This document shows positions 62,106 through 64,000 of a stretch of DNA of 64,000 bases, piece by piece. The notes under the pieces were generated by a model. It was not told the origin of the DNA and made no database searches. It saw nothing but the letters and a program-made list of their open reading frames with translations. Source of the DNA: Candidatus Marinacidobacterales bacterium (GTDB lineage: Bacteria; Acidobacteriota; Vicinamibacteria; Marinacidobacterales; SMYC01); the NCBI GenBank assembly GCA_965224085.1, contig CBDCYI010000011.1, positions 640,001-704,000 on the forward strand, read 5' to 3'. Position 1 is the first letter of the stretch; each line of letters begins with the position of its first letter. A program made the translations under genes and the position numbers.

Positions 62106-63686
62106 TCAGTTGACGCCCCCGACCCAGAGGACGGTCGTGCCTGCCTCGAACGATCCGCGGCTCTCTTCGTGTCCCGTCGGCCACGTCACGCGAATTTCTT
62201 CGACGCGGGCTTCGTCTCCGAGGCCAACATGCACCACGTGCTCGCTTTGCGAGAGATAGCTCGTGGCCGCGGCTGACTCGAACCGCCGAGACCCAGCTTC
62301 GATCACCGCACCGGTGCCATCGCGATTCGCCTGTCGGCCGACGAGGTGTACGCGTAGCGAGCCTCCGCCTTCGGTGTCGTTTCGCAGAATCTCCGGGGCC
62401 GCTCCCGAGCTCGAAATGGCTACATCGAGATCGCGGTCGCCGTCCCAGTCCGCGACAGCAAGGCCTCGGCTCACGCGTGGGGCGCCCAGGTCGGTGGCCG
62501 AGAAAATGCCTCCGCCGTCGTTGTGGTAGACCTGATTCGTTTGAGCGTAGTCGCTGCCGTGGAGTACTTCCGCGTTGTCGAGCACGTGGCCGTTGGCGAC
62601 GATGAGGTCGTCCAGTCCGTCATTGTCGAGGTCTGCGAACACGGTGCCGAATCCTAGCCGGTGCAAGGATGGCCGGCCGACGCCGGCGCGCATCGCGATG
62701 TCGGTAAAGAATCCGTTCGCCTCGTTTCGATAGAGGGTGTTCGATTCACCTTCGAAGTTCGTGACGAAGAGATCCAAATCGCCGTCGCGATCGTAGTCGC
62801 TTCGATCGACACCCATGCCGGCGAGCGCGTTACCGTCGGCATCGTAGGAGACACCAGTAATAAGCCCGATCTCCTCGAACGCGAGGTCGCCACGATTCCG
62901 GAAGAAGAAATTGGGCATCGTATCGTTCGCAACATAGAGGTCGAGGAGCCCGTCGTGGTCGTAGTCGAGGCTCACCACCCCGAGGCCTTTACCGCTCGGA
63001 AGGGCGATCCCGGCTGGACTTCCCGCCGATTCAAAAGTGCCGTCGCCCCGGTTGCGGTAGATCTCGTCAGGTACGCCGCCAAACGCGTCCGGCAGGCAAT
63101 AGGCGCGAATTACGGTCCCGTCTCGCGTCTGGCTGCAGTTCGGGTTGTTCGTGAGGCTGAAGTCCACATAGTTCGTCACGTAGAGATCGAGATGGCCGTC
63201 GTTGTCGAGATCGGCCCAGGTCGCGCTCGCGCTCCACTGGGCGTTCCCTACGCCGGCCTCGGTGGTGACGTCGCTGAACGTGCCGTCGCCGTTGTTGCGA
63301 AACAAAACGTTGGGTCCGTAATGCGTCACGTAGAGATCGGCGTCGCCGTCGTTGTCATAGTCGCCGGCGGTCGCTCCCATCCCGTATCCAAGGTGCTCGA
63401 CGCCAGCCGTTAGCGACACGTCGGTGAAACTCCCTTGCCCGTCGTTACGATAAAGTGTCGCAGCGGAAATCGACAAGGCCCGCCCTCCGGTCGGATCGCC
63501 TCCATTGATGAAGAGCAGGTCGGGATTGCCGTCCGCGTCGTAATCGAAGAACACGACGCCCGCCCCCATCGTCTCCGTCATGTACTTCTCACCCGTGGCA
63601 CCGGTCTCATGGCGAAATTCGACGCCGCTTTCGCTCGTCACGTCGACGAGTCGGATTGCAGCCGCGAGGATGGCGGTTGCGATCAT
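62106..63686 (-). CDS. CRTAC1/ASPIC-UnbV FG-GAP repeat protein
   Basis: Repeated DYDNDG..DL motifs; C-terminal SYLSQS...H.GLG....V.WP.G. Confidence 0.92.
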   Translation of the reverse strand: MIATAILAAAIRLVDVTSESGVEFRHETGATGEKYMTETMGAGVVFFDYDADGNPDLLFINGGDPTGGRALSISAATLYRNDGQGSFTDVSLTAGVEHLGYGMGATAGDYDNDGDADLYVTHYGPNVLFRNNGDGTFSDVTTEAGVGNAQWSASATWADLDNDGHLDLYVTNYVDFSLTNNPNCSQTRDGTVIRAYCLPDAFGGVPDEIYRNRGDGTFESAGSPAGIALPSGKGLGVVSLDYDHDGLLDLYVANDTMPNFFFRNRGDLAFEEIGLITGVSYDADGNALAGMGVDRSDYDRDGDLDLFVTNFEGESNTLYRNEANGFFTDIAMRAGVGRPSLHRLGFGTVFADLDNDGLDDLIVANGHVLDNAEVLHGSDYAQTNQVYHNDGGGIFSATDLGAPRVSRGLAVADWDGDRDLDVAISSSGAAPEILRNDTEGGGSLRVHLVGRQANRDGTGAVIEAGSRRFESAAATSYLSQSEHVVHVGLGDEARVEEIRVTWPTGHEESRGSFEAGTTVLWVGGVN

Positions 63687-63771
63687 TTCTCGAGCTCGCG
63701 CGCGGCTTCGTCCTCGCTGAGCCGTCCACCTCGTCCGAGGGAGCCGTTCGCTCGGTTGAGCATTTTCTTCG

Positions 63772-64000
63772 TCAACCCGCGCGATTGATCGCGTAGCTGG
63801 TGCGCTTCGAGAAGGGGAGGAAGAGCATGCTGGGTAAACGGTTGCAGAGCGACGGGTCGCGGAGGCCGCGAAGGCCGATCGTCATGGCTTCGTGGCCTGC
63901 TCTTGGCTGCGCGCGGTAGGTGGCGAAGAGTCGATCCCACCACGGGAGGCTGAAGCCAAAATTCGTATTGGCCTCGTCGACTTCGACCGAGTGATGCACG
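63772..64000 (-). CDS. Sterol desaturase/fatty-acid hydroxylase family protein, C-terminus (runs off the window)
   Basis: HHS...EANTNFGF.LPWWDRLFATY. Confidence 0.85.
   Translation of the reverse strand, partial: VHHSVEVDEANTNFGFSLPWWDRLFATYRAQPRAGHEAMTIGLRGLRDPSLCNRLPSMLFLPFSKRTSYAINRAG

Overview
GC-rich bacterial window, IS-rich and heavily eroded. Its gene repertoire (GWxTD protein, Ser/Thr kinase with TolB-like propeller, CRTAC1/ASPIC-UnbV, PEP-CTERM, long secreted MBL hydrolases) suggests Acidobacteriota; this is inferred. Intact or near-intact modules are: (1) a Na+-pumping glutaconyl-CoA decarboxylase operon with a non-decarboxylating-type glutaryl-CoA dehydrogenase (5.0-9.4 kb); (2) a 4.2-kb IS21-family element with terminal IRs and a 7-bp target duplication, carrying a ParB-like gene and a frameshift-split double zinc-finger gene upstream of istA/istB (17.1-21.3 kb); (3) an eight-gene envelope operon (33.9-43.5 kb) encoding a MotA/TolQ/ExbB channel, two ExbD-like-anchor/coiled-coil/vWA proteins, an FHA-like/PEGA/FGE protein, a TPR-like protein, exported proteins and a hidden 57-aa peptide, which is the best candidate for an uncharacterised ion-driven envelope machine; (4) an orphan DpgC-like dioxygenase; (5) a NadD-NAD kinase fusion. 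Between these lie IS256, ISAzo13 (nested in an rve-type IS), IS1634 (splitting a nitronate monooxygenase remnant), a second rve IS, two MITE-like copies, a probable group II intron 5' remnant directly after an ATG, and about 20 truncated or frameshifted genes. Some single-base frameshifts may be sequencing errors. No rRNA, tRNA or CRISPR array was seen. All family calls come from motif recognition by eye, not database searches.
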